A model generated the notes under the pieces. It was not told where the DNA came from. It did not search any database and saw nothing but the letters and a program-made list of their open reading frames with translations. A stretch of 26,433 bases of DNA, from contig JBGPXN010000056.1 in assembly GCA_041492755.1 (NCBI GenBank), positions 1 through 26,433 on the forward strand. Reading direction: 5' to 3'. The position numbers and the translations under genes are program-made. The stretch is from Candidatus Methylomirabilia bacterium (lineage in GTDB: Bacteria > Methylomirabilota > Methylomirabilia > Rokubacteriales > CSP1-6). Below, piece after piece: positions 8,812 through 16,375 of this stretch. The first letter of the stretch is position 1, and the number at the start of each line of letters is the position of its first letter.

Positions 8812-8837
8812 CGGGAGGGGGAACTTTCCCCCTCCCG
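8812..8837. terminator. Perfect GC-rich hairpin between convergent rpmB and the micro-ORF unit
   Basis: CGGGAGGGGGAA (8812-8823) / TTCCCCCTCCCG (8826-8837) is a perfect inverted repeat. No clear U-tract. Confidence 0.65.
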
Positions 8838-8850
8838 TCATGCGTTTCGA

Positions 8851-8874
8851 GGTGGGAGGCCGCCACCCCCCACC
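8851..8874 (-). terminator. Second hairpin downstream of the micro-ORFs
   Basis: Minus strand GGTGGGGGG-TGGCGG-CCTCCCACC, a 9-bp stem with one G-U pair that forms only in the minus-strand RNA. Confidence 0.5.
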
Positions 8875-8897
8875 GTGATAACGGCACCTTCGCTACC

Positions 8898-8936
8898 TTA
8901 CTTCTTCTTCTTCTTGGCCGCCTTCTTCTTCGCCAT
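8898..8936 (-). CDS. Lysine-rich micropeptide MAKKKAAKKKKK, copy 2 (12 aa)
   Basis: ATG GCG AAG AAG AAG GCG GCC AAG AAG AAG AAG AAG TAA, preceded by SD GGAGGAGGTGA and an 8-nt spacer. Confidence 0.75.
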   Translation of the reverse strand: MAKKKAAKKKKK

Positions 8937-8989
8937 TGAGGATCTCACCTCCTCCCGTTGGTGAAGTAGTCGCCGCTATCGAAGCCGTC

Positions 8990-9028
8990 CTACTTCTTTT
9001 TCTTCTTGGCCGCCTTCTTCTTCGCCAT
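8990..9028 (-). CDS. Lysine-rich micropeptide MAKKKAAKKKKK, copy 1 (12 aa)
   Basis: ATG GCG AAG AAG AAG GCG GCC AAG AAG AAA AAG AAG TAG, preceded by SD GGGAGGTGA and a 7-nt spacer, 30 nt after the upstream gene's stop. Confidence 0.75.
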   Translation of the reverse strand: MAKKKAAKKKKK

Positions 9029-9058
9029 GGATGAATCACCTCCCTTCCTGACGCGTGG

Positions 9059-10105
9059 TCAGAATCCCATCGCCTCGCGCCGGAGATGCTCCGCCTGCTC
9101 GGCGCCCCGGCGCTCGTAGTGGACGAGGTCGACGTAGAGCTGTGGCAGCGACACCACCGCGAGGCCACCCTTTTCCAGCATTCCGTGGAAAACACCCGGG
9201 TCGTACGGGAGCAGCAGGTGCAGCGCGCCTTCCGCCTCCGTGGCCGGGCGCAATCCCAGCGCGGCCGCCACCGACTTCGGGTCGCCTTCGAGATAGCAAT
9301 GGATGGCCGGCGTGCGCAGATTGGGCCCGACCAGCGACAATCCGGCGTTGAGCGTGAACCCGTAGCGCCGCCCCTCCGCCACCGCCGCCCGCGCAATCTC
9401 GGCCATGAACTTGCGGCCGATGCGCTCGGGCGCGAAGAAGGACGCGACCTCGTTCTCGCGATACGTGTAGGACTCGGCCCAGCCCTCGAGGAGATCGGCC
9501 GGCTTGGCGAGGTGGATGCGCTGAGTATCGTCGCGGTCGACCCAGCTCAGGTCCACCAGGCGCTTCACCACGTTGTGGGCGTGCCCAAGACTGACCTGGG
9601 CCGCCTTCGCCAGCTCTTCGAGCCGCCAGGTTCGAGCCACATCGGTGAGCAAGACCCGGACGACGCGGGTCGCGCGCGGGGCGAAGAGTGAGCGGAGCGG
9701 CCGGGTCGAGGGCCGGTCGTTCCGCTTGCCTTCCTTCTCGATGAGGACGTTCCCGAACGCCAGGTAGCAGTTGCCAGCCAGGTCGACGTAGCCCAGGTTG
9801 TTGTTCTTGAGCAGCCGGGCGCTTTGTGGGCCGATGTAGACCGCCGCCGCCAGCGGGTAGGCATCCGGCATCTCGCGACGGATCTCACCCAGGCGAGTGA
9901 TAGCCGCGCGGATCTGTCGCGGTTGGCCCAGCGAGCAGACCTCAACGACCATCGCATGCTCCTGCTCGCCGAGGCGAAACTTCACCAAGCCCGCGGTCTG
10001 GTTGCCGGTTCGGACGACGGACGACTCGACCCAGCCTTTCGCTTTCGGGAAGAGCTCCCGAAGCCGCTGTGCGGCCTGCCGATGAATGTCCGCGGATTTG
10101 AGCAT
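9059..10105 (-). CDS. AbiEi-like (type IV TA antitoxin family, AbiEi_2/DUF2186-like) transcriptional regulator, 348 aa
   Basis: N-terminal YPLAAAVYIGP...GYVDLAGNCYL, central wHTH RVVRVLL...WRLEELAKAAQVSLGHAHNVVKRL, KPADLLEGWAESY, C-terminal VVSLPQLYVDL...RGAEQAEHL. Recognised from family motifs. Confidence 0.8.
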   Translation of the reverse strand: MLKSADIHRQAAQRLRELFPKAKGWVESSVVRTGNQTAGLVKFRLGEQEHAMVVEVCSLGQPRQIRAAITRLGEIRREMPDAYPLAAAVYIGPQSARLLKNNNLGYVDLAGNCYLAFGNVLIEKEGKRNDRPSTRPLRSLFAPRATRVVRVLLTDVARTWRLEELAKAAQVSLGHAHNVVKRLVDLSWVDRDDTQRIHLAKPADLLEGWAESYTYRENEVASFFAPERIGRKFMAEIARAAVAEGRRYGFTLNAGLSLVGPNLRTPAIHCYLEGDPKSVAAALGLRPATEAEGALHLLLPYDPGVFHGMLEKGGLAVVSLPQLYVDLVHYERRGAEQAEHLRREAMGF

Positions 10106-10124
10106 GTTTCGCTTGCTCCGGCTC

Positions 10125-10142
10125 TTTCAGCATCTGCTGAAA
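10125..10142. promoter_or_regulatory. Palindromic operator candidate TTTCAGCA-TC-TGCTGAAA
   Basis: Perfect 8-bp inverted repeat abutting the -10 box and covering the predicted transcription start of the AbiEi-like gene. Confidence 0.7.
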
Positions 10143-10171
10143 CCATAAGAACTAATGAAAGTCCCTGTCAA
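10142..10171 (-). promoter_or_regulatory. sigma70 promoter of the AbiEi-like/micropeptide unit
   Basis: Minus strand TTGACA (10171-10166), 18-nt spacer, TATGGT (10147-10142), with an AT-rich tract upstream. Confidence 0.75.
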
Positions 10172-10413
10172 GTAAAAACTTGCAATCCCTTACTAGAACA
10201 ATGTCGAAGTGGACCTTACAGCGGCCCCCCGTGAAGAGAAATGCTCGCGCGGAGGGCAGCGAGCGAGTGGCAGGCACGGGGTGTTCGCCGCGCGCGGACC
10301 CCACGCGTAGGGCAGGCGGGCCCCGAACGGGTGCGGCGCCTACACCCTGACAACGGCGCCGAACGCGCGCATGCGAGAGGCCCGGCGCGAGTGGATGGGA
10401 GAGAATCGCGGCG

Positions 10414-10553
10414 ATGGCGCGTGCGCGTTTCGATCTCGTGATGTGGCCTTCGGCTTCTGTCGGATGACGCCGGCGGAGCGCCTGCGTCACGCGGCCGGTG
10501 GCGTGTTCGCGTCGATGGAGCGCCTGCCCGCCCTGCTGGCGGGGGACCGTTGA
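10414..10553 (+). pseudogene. HAD-superfamily hydrolase remnant (N- and C-termini only, frameshifted)
   Basis: ATG at 10414 gives MARARFDLV, the strand preceding the HAD motif I (IFDxDG). From 10443 another frame gives VAFGFCRMTPAERLRHAAGGVFASMERLPALL*, a HAD-IA-like C-terminus. The catalytic core is absent. Confidence 0.7.
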
Positions 10554-10598
10554 CCTGCGCGGTACGAGCCGCGGATCGCCTACCGGCGAGTCGGTCCG

Positions 10599-10982
10599 TC
10601 AGCGTTCGGGCTCGTCTCCGTCTTCGATGCGGTGCATCGTCTCGTCATCGAGGCCGAAGTAATGCCCGAGCTCGTGCATGACCGTGTCGCGCACGATCTC
10701 CGCCATCTCCTCCTCGTCTTCACAGTCCTCCTCGATCGGCCCCCGGTAGATCGTCACCGTGTCGGGCAACACGTTCCCGTACTGCGAGTCCCGATGCGTG
10801 ATGTCGACGCCGCGGTAGAGCCCGTACAGCGTATCCGGCGGCTCGATCCCCATCTCCTCCAGGGTTTCGTCATCCGCCCAGTCCTCCACCACCACCACGA
10901 TGTTCGCCAGCTGCTCCTTGAACCGCCGCGGCAACTTCCGCAACGCCCGCTCCACGAGCGCCTCGAACTGCCGCCGGGTCAT
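10599..10982 (-). CDS. Zincin-like metallopeptidase (minimal, Zincin_1/DUF1025-type), 127 aa
   Basis: MTRRQFEALVERAL...LYGLYRG...LPDTVTIYRGPI...TVMHELGHYFGLDD (HExxH). Start placed at ATG 10982 by family pattern. Confidence 0.9.
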   Translation of the reverse strand: MTRRQFEALVERALRKLPRRFKEQLANIVVVVEDWADDETLEEMGIEPPDTLYGLYRGVDITHRDSQYGNVLPDTVTIYRGPIEEDCEDEEEMAEIVRDTVMHELGHYFGLDDETMHRIEDGDEPER

Positions 10983-11148
10983 CGAGAACTGGCCAGCCGC
11001 CAACGCCGCGCCCAGCCCAACAAGGCAGCCCGTGAGGCGGCCGTTCCCCAACGCCGCGCGCGCCGCCACGAGGCGAACGGTGCGGCGCCGAGTCGCCAAC
11101 ATCGCGCGCAGCGCGACGAGGCAAGGCGTGCGGTAGCCGCCGCCGCGG

Positions 11149-11302
11149 CCGGCGAGGCTCGGTGGTGGAGAGGCCTCACGAGACCCGTTTCCCGGCGAGG
11201 ACAATGCGAGAGCCGCGCGTCAGATGGAGCCCAGCCACAGCGGGCGGCGCGAACGCACACCTCGTGGTCGCGTGAGGCCTCTCCACCACCGAGCCTCGCC
11301 GG
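11149..11302. repeat. 37-bp inverted repeat pair (1 mismatch) around an 80-bp core; MITE/REPIN-like
   Basis: 11149-11185 CCGGCGAGGCTCGGTGGTGGAGAGGCCTCACGAGACC matches the reverse complement of 11266-11302 at 36/37. Confidence 0.85.
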
Positions 11303-11326
11303 GGGATGGTGAGGGACAACCGCAGG

Positions 11327-13474
11327 CTACAGCCCGCGGACGCGCTCGACGTTGATGACGTCAGGAACGTCGCGGATGGCGCCCATGATGCCTTGCAGCT
11401 GCTGCAGGTCGGCGACTTCGACCACGAAGTTGTTGATGCCCCGGCGATCGTCGGTGACGGTGACTTCGGCCTTGGTGATGTTGCCATTCTGCGAGGAGAT
11501 GGCGCCGGTGATCTCCGACAGGAGGCCGGGGCGGTCCTTGCCAATGTAGACGGCGATGCGCACGGGGCGGGTGGCGGGCTCGTCCACGTCCCACTCGACG
11601 TTGATGAGACGCTCGCGGTCCAGCACGCTCTTGGCCACGGTCAGGCAGTCGCGGGCGTGCACGGTGAGCCCACGGCCGCGCGTGATGAAGCCGACGATCT
11701 GATCGCCGGGGAGCGGGTTGCAGCATTTGGCGAAACGGACGAGCAGGTCGTCGACACCGCGGATCCTGACCCCCTGCTCGGCCTTGGGGCGCGTCGCGGC
11801 CGCCGACGATCGCGGGCGCTCGGCGGGTTCGAGGAGACCACCGGGAACCAGCTTGTTCAGGAGCTGGTGGACCGAGCTGCGCCCGTACCCGATGGAGGCG
11901 AGCATATCGTCCACCGTCGAAAATCCAGAATCGGCGACGATCTTCTTCAACTCGTCACCACCGAGCAGCGCGGTGGGATTCAGGCGGTATTTCTTCGCCT
12001 CGCGCTCGAACATCTCCCGTCCGAGCTCGATGGACCGCGCGCGCTCCTCGACCTTGAGCCACTGATTGATCTTCGCGCGCGCGCGCGTCGACTTGACGAA
12101 CTTGAGCCAGTCGCGGCTCGGGTGCTGGTTGGGCGAGGTGACGATCTCGACGATGTCGCCCTGGTGCAAGACGTAGCGCAGCGGCACCAGCTTGCCGTTG
12201 ACCTTGGCGCCCACGCAGTGCTCACCGACCTTGGTGTGCACGCCGTAGGCGAAATCGATCGGCGTCGAGCCCTCGGGCAGCGCCTTGACGTCGCCCTTGG
12301 GGGTGAAGACGTAGACCTCGTCGGGAAACAGGTCGACCCGGACCGTGTCCAGGAACTCGCGGGGGTCCTTCAGCTCCTGCTGCGTCTCCATGAGCTGGCG
12401 CAGCCACAGGAGCGACTCGTCGAACTTGTCCTTGCCGCTCCGCTTCTCCTTGTAGAGGTAGTGGGCGGCGATGCCTTCCTCTGCGATGCGATGCATCTCC
12501 CACGTCCGGATCTGAATCTCCACCGGGTCGCCCTTGGGGCCGATGACCGTCGTGTGGAGCGACTGGTACATGTTGACCTTGGGCATCGCGATGAAGTCTT
12601 TGAAGCGGCCGGGCACGGGCTTCCACAGCGAGTGGATGACGCCGAGCGCGCCGTAGCAGTCGCGCACGCTGCTCGTGATGACGCGGACGGCCGTGAGGTC
12701 GTAGATCTCGTCGAACTCGCGGCCCTGGTCGTGCATCTTCGTCCAGATCGAGTAGAAGTGCTTGGGCCGGCCTCGGATCTGCGCCTCGATCCCCACCTCG
12801 GCGAGCTTCGTGTCGATGATGGCGATGACGTGATTGATGTCGGCCTCGCGCTCGAGGCGGCGCTTGGCCACCCGGCGCTGCAGATCGACGTAGGCGTCGG
12901 GATGAAGGGTGCGGAGCCCCAGGTCCTCGAGCTCCGCCTTGACCTTCGCCATCCCGAGGCGGTGGGCGAGCGGAGCGTAGATGTCGAGCGTCTCCTGGGC
13001 GATCTTGCGTGCCTTGTCGCCCGGCAGGTAATCGAGCGTCCGCATGTTGTGCAGCCGGTCGGCGAGCTTGATCATGATGACGCGCAGATCCCGCGCCATC
13101 GCCACCAGCATCTTGCGGAAGTTCTCGGCCTGCCGCTCCTCGCGCGAGGAGAAGGCGAGCTTGCTCAGCTTGGTGACGCCATCGACGAGCTCCGCGATCT
13201 CCTTGCCGAACTGGCGCTCGAGGTCTTCCTTGGTGGCGTTCGTGTCCTCGAGCACGTCGTGCAGGAGCCCGGCCGTGACGGTGGTGACGTCCATCTTGAA
13301 GGCGACGAGCAGGTGGGCGACCTCGAGGGGGTGCGACAGGTACGGCTCACCGGAGGCGCGCTGCTGGCCCTGGTGGGAGGCGGCAGAGTACTCGTAGGCC
13401 CGGGCGAGCACGTCCAGCTCGGCGCCGGGTTGGTACTTGGGGATCTCCTCCAGCAGGGTCTGCAGTTCGACCAC
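11327..13474 (-). CDS. relA: Bifunctional (p)ppGpp synthetase/hydrolase (RelA/SpoT homolog)
   Basis: HD domain (SGEPYLSHP, GLLHDVLEDT, IKLADRLHNMRTL), synthetase (GRPKHFYSI, YQSLHTTV, EIQIRT), TGS (FTPKG, DFAYGVHT), CCNPLPGD, ACT domain. Confidence 0.97.
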   Translation of the reverse strand: MVELQTLLEEIPKYQPGAELDVLARAYEYSAASHQGQQRASGEPYLSHPLEVAHLLVAFKMDVTTVTAGLLHDVLEDTNATKEDLERQFGKEIAELVDGVTKLSKLAFSSREERQAENFRKMLVAMARDLRVIMIKLADRLHNMRTLDYLPGDKARKIAQETLDIYAPLAHRLGMAKVKAELEDLGLRTLHPDAYVDLQRRVAKRRLEREADINHVIAIIDTKLAEVGIEAQIRGRPKHFYSIWTKMHDQGREFDEIYDLTAVRVITSSVRDCYGALGVIHSLWKPVPGRFKDFIAMPKVNMYQSLHTTVIGPKGDPVEIQIRTWEMHRIAEEGIAAHYLYKEKRSGKDKFDESLLWLRQLMETQQELKDPREFLDTVRVDLFPDEVYVFTPKGDVKALPEGSTPIDFAYGVHTKVGEHCVGAKVNGKLVPLRYVLHQGDIVEIVTSPNQHPSRDWLKFVKSTRARAKINQWLKVEERARSIELGREMFEREAKKYRLNPTALLGGDELKKIVADSGFSTVDDMLASIGYGRSSVHQLLNKLVPGGLLEPAERPRSSAAATRPKAEQGVRIRGVDDLLVRFAKCCNPLPGDQIVGFITRGRGLTVHARDCLTVAKSVLDRERLINVEWDVDEPATRPVRIAVYIGKDRPGLLSEITGAISSQNGNITKAEVTVTDDRRGINNFVVEVADLQQLQGIMGAIRDVPDVINVERVRGL

Positions 13475-13516
13475 GCAGCGAAAGCCTCCGGCTAATTAGG
13501 CGATTTTACGCCCGAA

Positions 13517-14458
13517 TCAGGCCTTGGCGACGGCTTTTTTGGGCCGGCGAATCCGTCCCTCCACGTAGGTCGTCCAGTCGACGATGAGGGCGCCCGCGAT
13601 GTAGACCGTCGAGTACGTGCCGGTGACGACGCCCACGAACAGCGCGAACGCGAAGTCCTCCAGCACCTTGCCACCGAAGAAGAGGAGGATGGCGGTGGAG
13701 AAGAACACGGTGAGCGCGGTCAGGATCGTTCGCGACAGCGTCTGGTTGATCGCCATGTTGATCTGCTGAGCGAACGTCAGCCCCCGCTGCGAGCCGAACT
13801 TGCCGCGGTTCTCGCGGATCCGGTCGTAGGCCACGATGGTGTCGTTCACCGAGTAGCCGATGATGGTGAGGATCGCTGCGAGGACGGGCAGCGAGAAGTC
13901 GCGATTGGTGAGCGACAGCGCGCCCAGCGACACGAGCACGTCGTGTACCACCGCCGCGATGGCCGCCACGCCGCCCTTGAGGTCGAAGCGGATGGCGATG
14001 TAGATCAGGATGCCCACCATCCCGGCCAGAACCGCCCACAACGCCTGGATCTGGAGATCACGGCCGACCTGCGGCCCCACGAACTCCACCCGGCGGATCT
14101 CGAACTTGCCGAGTGTCGTTTCGCCGGCGAGCGCATCTTGCACCCGCTTGGAGACGTCCTCAGCCGTGGTGGCCGTCAGCGGGAGACGGATGATGAACTC
14201 CCGCGGATCGCCAAACTCCTGGATCACGCTCTCCCCGAGGCCGATCCGGGCCAAGCCACTTCGGATCCGCTCGATGGCCGGCGGCTGCTCGAAGCGCACC
14301 TGGACGAGCGTGCCGCCGGCGAAGTCGATGTCGTAGCGGAGACCGCCCTTGGCGATGAGCGACGTGAGCCCGATGGCGATGAAGATCACCGACATCACGT
14401 AGGCCCATTTGCGCTTGCCGACGAAGTCGTAGTTGGGGGTGCGGAACAGCTCGATCAT
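13517..14458 (-). CDS. secF: Protein translocase subunit SecF
   Basis: IDFAGGT, VEFVGPQVG, HDVL, IIGYSVNDTIVAYDRIREN, INQTLSRTILT, GTYSTVYIA. Confidence 0.97.
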   Translation of the reverse strand: MIELFRTPNYDFVGKRKWAYVMSVIFIAIGLTSLIAKGGLRYDIDFAGGTLVQVRFEQPPAIERIRSGLARIGLGESVIQEFGDPREFIIRLPLTATTAEDVSKRVQDALAGETTLGKFEIRRVEFVGPQVGRDLQIQALWAVLAGMVGILIYIAIRFDLKGGVAAIAAVVHDVLVSLGALSLTNRDFSLPVLAAILTIIGYSVNDTIVAYDRIRENRGKFGSQRGLTFAQQINMAINQTLSRTILTALTVFFSTAILLFFGGKVLEDFAFALFVGVVTGTYSTVYIAGALIVDWTTYVEGRIRRPKKAVAKA

Positions 14459-16011
14459 ATCGAGACCGTCTGCAGCCGGCGACGGCCCATGTAGACGACG
14501 TCGAAGAGCAAGCGCGTGAAGAAGACGGCGGTGAAGAGGCTGGCGGTAAGGCCGACGAAGAGCGACACCGCGAAGCCCTTCACGGGACCGGTGCCGAAAT
14601 TGTAGAGGATGGCGGCCGTCACCAGCACCGTCACGTGGGTGTCGATGATGGTACGGAAGGCGCGGTTAAACCCCGCCTCGATCGCGGAGCGCGGCGTCTT
14701 GCCCACGCGCAACTCCTCCCGGATGCGCTCGAAGATGAGCACGTTGGTGTCGACGGCCATGCCGACGGTCAGGGCGATGCCGGCCAGGCCCGGCAGCGTG
14801 AGGGTGGCGCCGAAGGCGGCCATGGCCGCGAGCAGGATCAGGAGGTTCAGGATGAGGGCCACGTCGGCGATCAGCCCCGACAGCCGGTAGTAGAACACCA
14901 TGAAGGCGAACACGATGGCGGTGGACGCGACGATCGCGATGACGCCCTGGCGGACGGAGTCGGCGCCCAGCGACGGGCCGACGGTCCGCTCCTCCAGGAT
15001 CGTCACTGGCGCGGGCAACGCGCCCGCGCGCAGGACGATCGCCAGATCGCGGGCGTCCTCGATGGTGAACGTCCCGGTGATCACCGCGCGGCCGCCCGGA
15101 ATGCGCTCGTTGATGCGGGGCGCGGAGTAGACATTGCCGTCGAGAATAATCGCCAGCTGGCGTCCGACGTTCTGTTCGGTGACCTCGCCGAAGACCCGGG
15201 TTCCGACCGGGTTGAACTCGATGGAGACCTGCCAGTTCCCGGGCGAGTTCGGGTCGGCCTGGACCTCCGCCCGGTTCAGCTCCGCGCCCGTGAGCAGCGT
15301 CCGCTTCTGCACGACGTACGGCACCTTGCGCTCGGTCTTGGTGTCCTTGTCGACCCGCCGCTGGTAGAGAACCGTCGAGCCCTCGGGCAACCGCCCGGCC
15401 AGCGCGTCCTCCACCGACGTCCGCTCGTCGAGCAGGCGAAACTCCAGCAGGGCCGTCTTGCCGATGAGGTTCTTGGCCCTTTGCGGATCTTGCAACCCCG
15501 GGAGCTGGATGAGGACGCGGTCGTTGCCCTGCCGGGTGATGGTCGCCTCGGCCACGCCGAACTGGTCGACGCGGTTGCGGATCGTCTCCACCGCCTGGCG
15601 CACGGCGAGGTCGCGCAGGCGCTCGACCTCGCGCGGCGCCAGCGTGAGCGTGAAGCGGCCGGCCGCCTGGTCCTCCTGCTTGCGCTCGAAGGAGCCGAAC
15701 TCGTTCGCCACCGTCAGCGCATCGTTCCAGCTCTGGGGTGAGGCAAGCTGCACGGTGAAGCCCGCCGGTCCCTCGCGCGTGAGGCCGCGCGCGGCGATGC
15801 CTTTGCGCTCCAGCGCGGCCTTGAAATCCTCGGCGGCGCGGTCGGTCTGGGCGGCGATGGCCTTGTCGGCTTCCACGCCGAGGACGAGGTGGATGCCACC
15901 CTGGAGGTCGAGGCCCAGGTTGATCGTCTTGCCCGGCGGATACAGATACCAGATCGACCCCACCACGACGATCAGGACGAGGGCGGTCCGGACCCAGAGC
16001 CGTCTAGGCAT
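14455..16011 (-). CDS. secD: Protein translocase subunit SecD
   Basis: LGLDLQGG, IRNRVDQFGVAE, LRAGALPAP, VGPSLG, GMAVDTNVLIFERIREE, GTGPVKGFA. Confidence 0.97.
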   Translation of the reverse strand: MPRRLWVRTALVLIVVVGSIWYLYPPGKTINLGLDLQGGIHLVLGVEADKAIAAQTDRAAEDFKAALERKGIAARGLTREGPAGFTVQLASPQSWNDALTVANEFGSFERKQEDQAAGRFTLTLAPREVERLRDLAVRQAVETIRNRVDQFGVAEATITRQGNDRVLIQLPGLQDPQRAKNLIGKTALLEFRLLDERTSVEDALAGRLPEGSTVLYQRRVDKDTKTERKVPYVVQKRTLLTGAELNRAEVQADPNSPGNWQVSIEFNPVGTRVFGEVTEQNVGRQLAIILDGNVYSAPRINERIPGGRAVITGTFTIEDARDLAIVLRAGALPAPVTILEERTVGPSLGADSVRQGVIAIVASTAIVFAFMVFYYRLSGLIADVALILNLLILLAAMAAFGATLTLPGLAGIALTVGMAVDTNVLIFERIREELRVGKTPRSAIEAGFNRAFRTIIDTHVTVLVTAAILYNFGTGPVKGFAVSLFVGLTASLFTAVFFTRLLFDVVYMGRRRLQTVSI

Positions 16012-16351
16012 CCTTGTCGCCCTGGCCCTCGACGACGATCCGGCCGATGGCCGGCCGGTCGAACTCCATCTTGACCTGATCGGCCACGCGAAGGGTCACG
16101 GTGTGCTCGGACAGCCCGGTGACGGTGCCGTGCAGTCCGCCGGTCGTCACCACCCGGTCGCCCTTCTTGATGGCGCGCAGCATGTCTTCGCGATCGCGCT
16201 TCGTCTTCTGCTGCGGCCGGATCATGAGGAAGTAGAAGATGGCGAAGATGGCGACGAAGAAGACGACCTGCGTCATCAGCGCGCCCGTGCCGCCACCGCC
16301 CGGCGGAAAAGCGCCCGCGAGCACGACGTCGGCAGCATGGGCGGCGATCAT
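16004..16351 (-). CDS. yajC: Preprotein translocase subunit YajC
   Basis: IFYFLMIRPQQK, KKGDRVVTTGGLHGTV; located between tgt and secD. Confidence 0.95.
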   Translation of the reverse strand: MIAAHAADVVLAGAFPPGGGGTGALMTQVVFFVAIFAIFYFLMIRPQQKTKRDREDMLRAIKKGDRVVTTGGLHGTVTGLSEHTVTLRVADQVKMEFDRPAIGRIVVEGQGDKDA

Positions 16352-16375
16352 GGAAGCGCTGACCTCCTGTCGAAA

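Noticed and set aside
8898..9028. Lysine attenuator leader peptides
   Set aside because: No lysine biosynthesis or transport gene lies downstream; the unit ends at hairpins facing the convergent rpmB.
8893..9396. 167-aa ORF ending EEEGGQEEEEVR
   Set aside because: It is an off-frame reading of the AbiEi-like gene and the Lys codons; the SD sites point to the 12-aa ORFs instead.
10200..10410. ncRNA in the GC-rich spacer upstream of the HAD remnant
   Set aside because: Only short hairpins expected by chance at this GC content; no recognisable RNA family motif.
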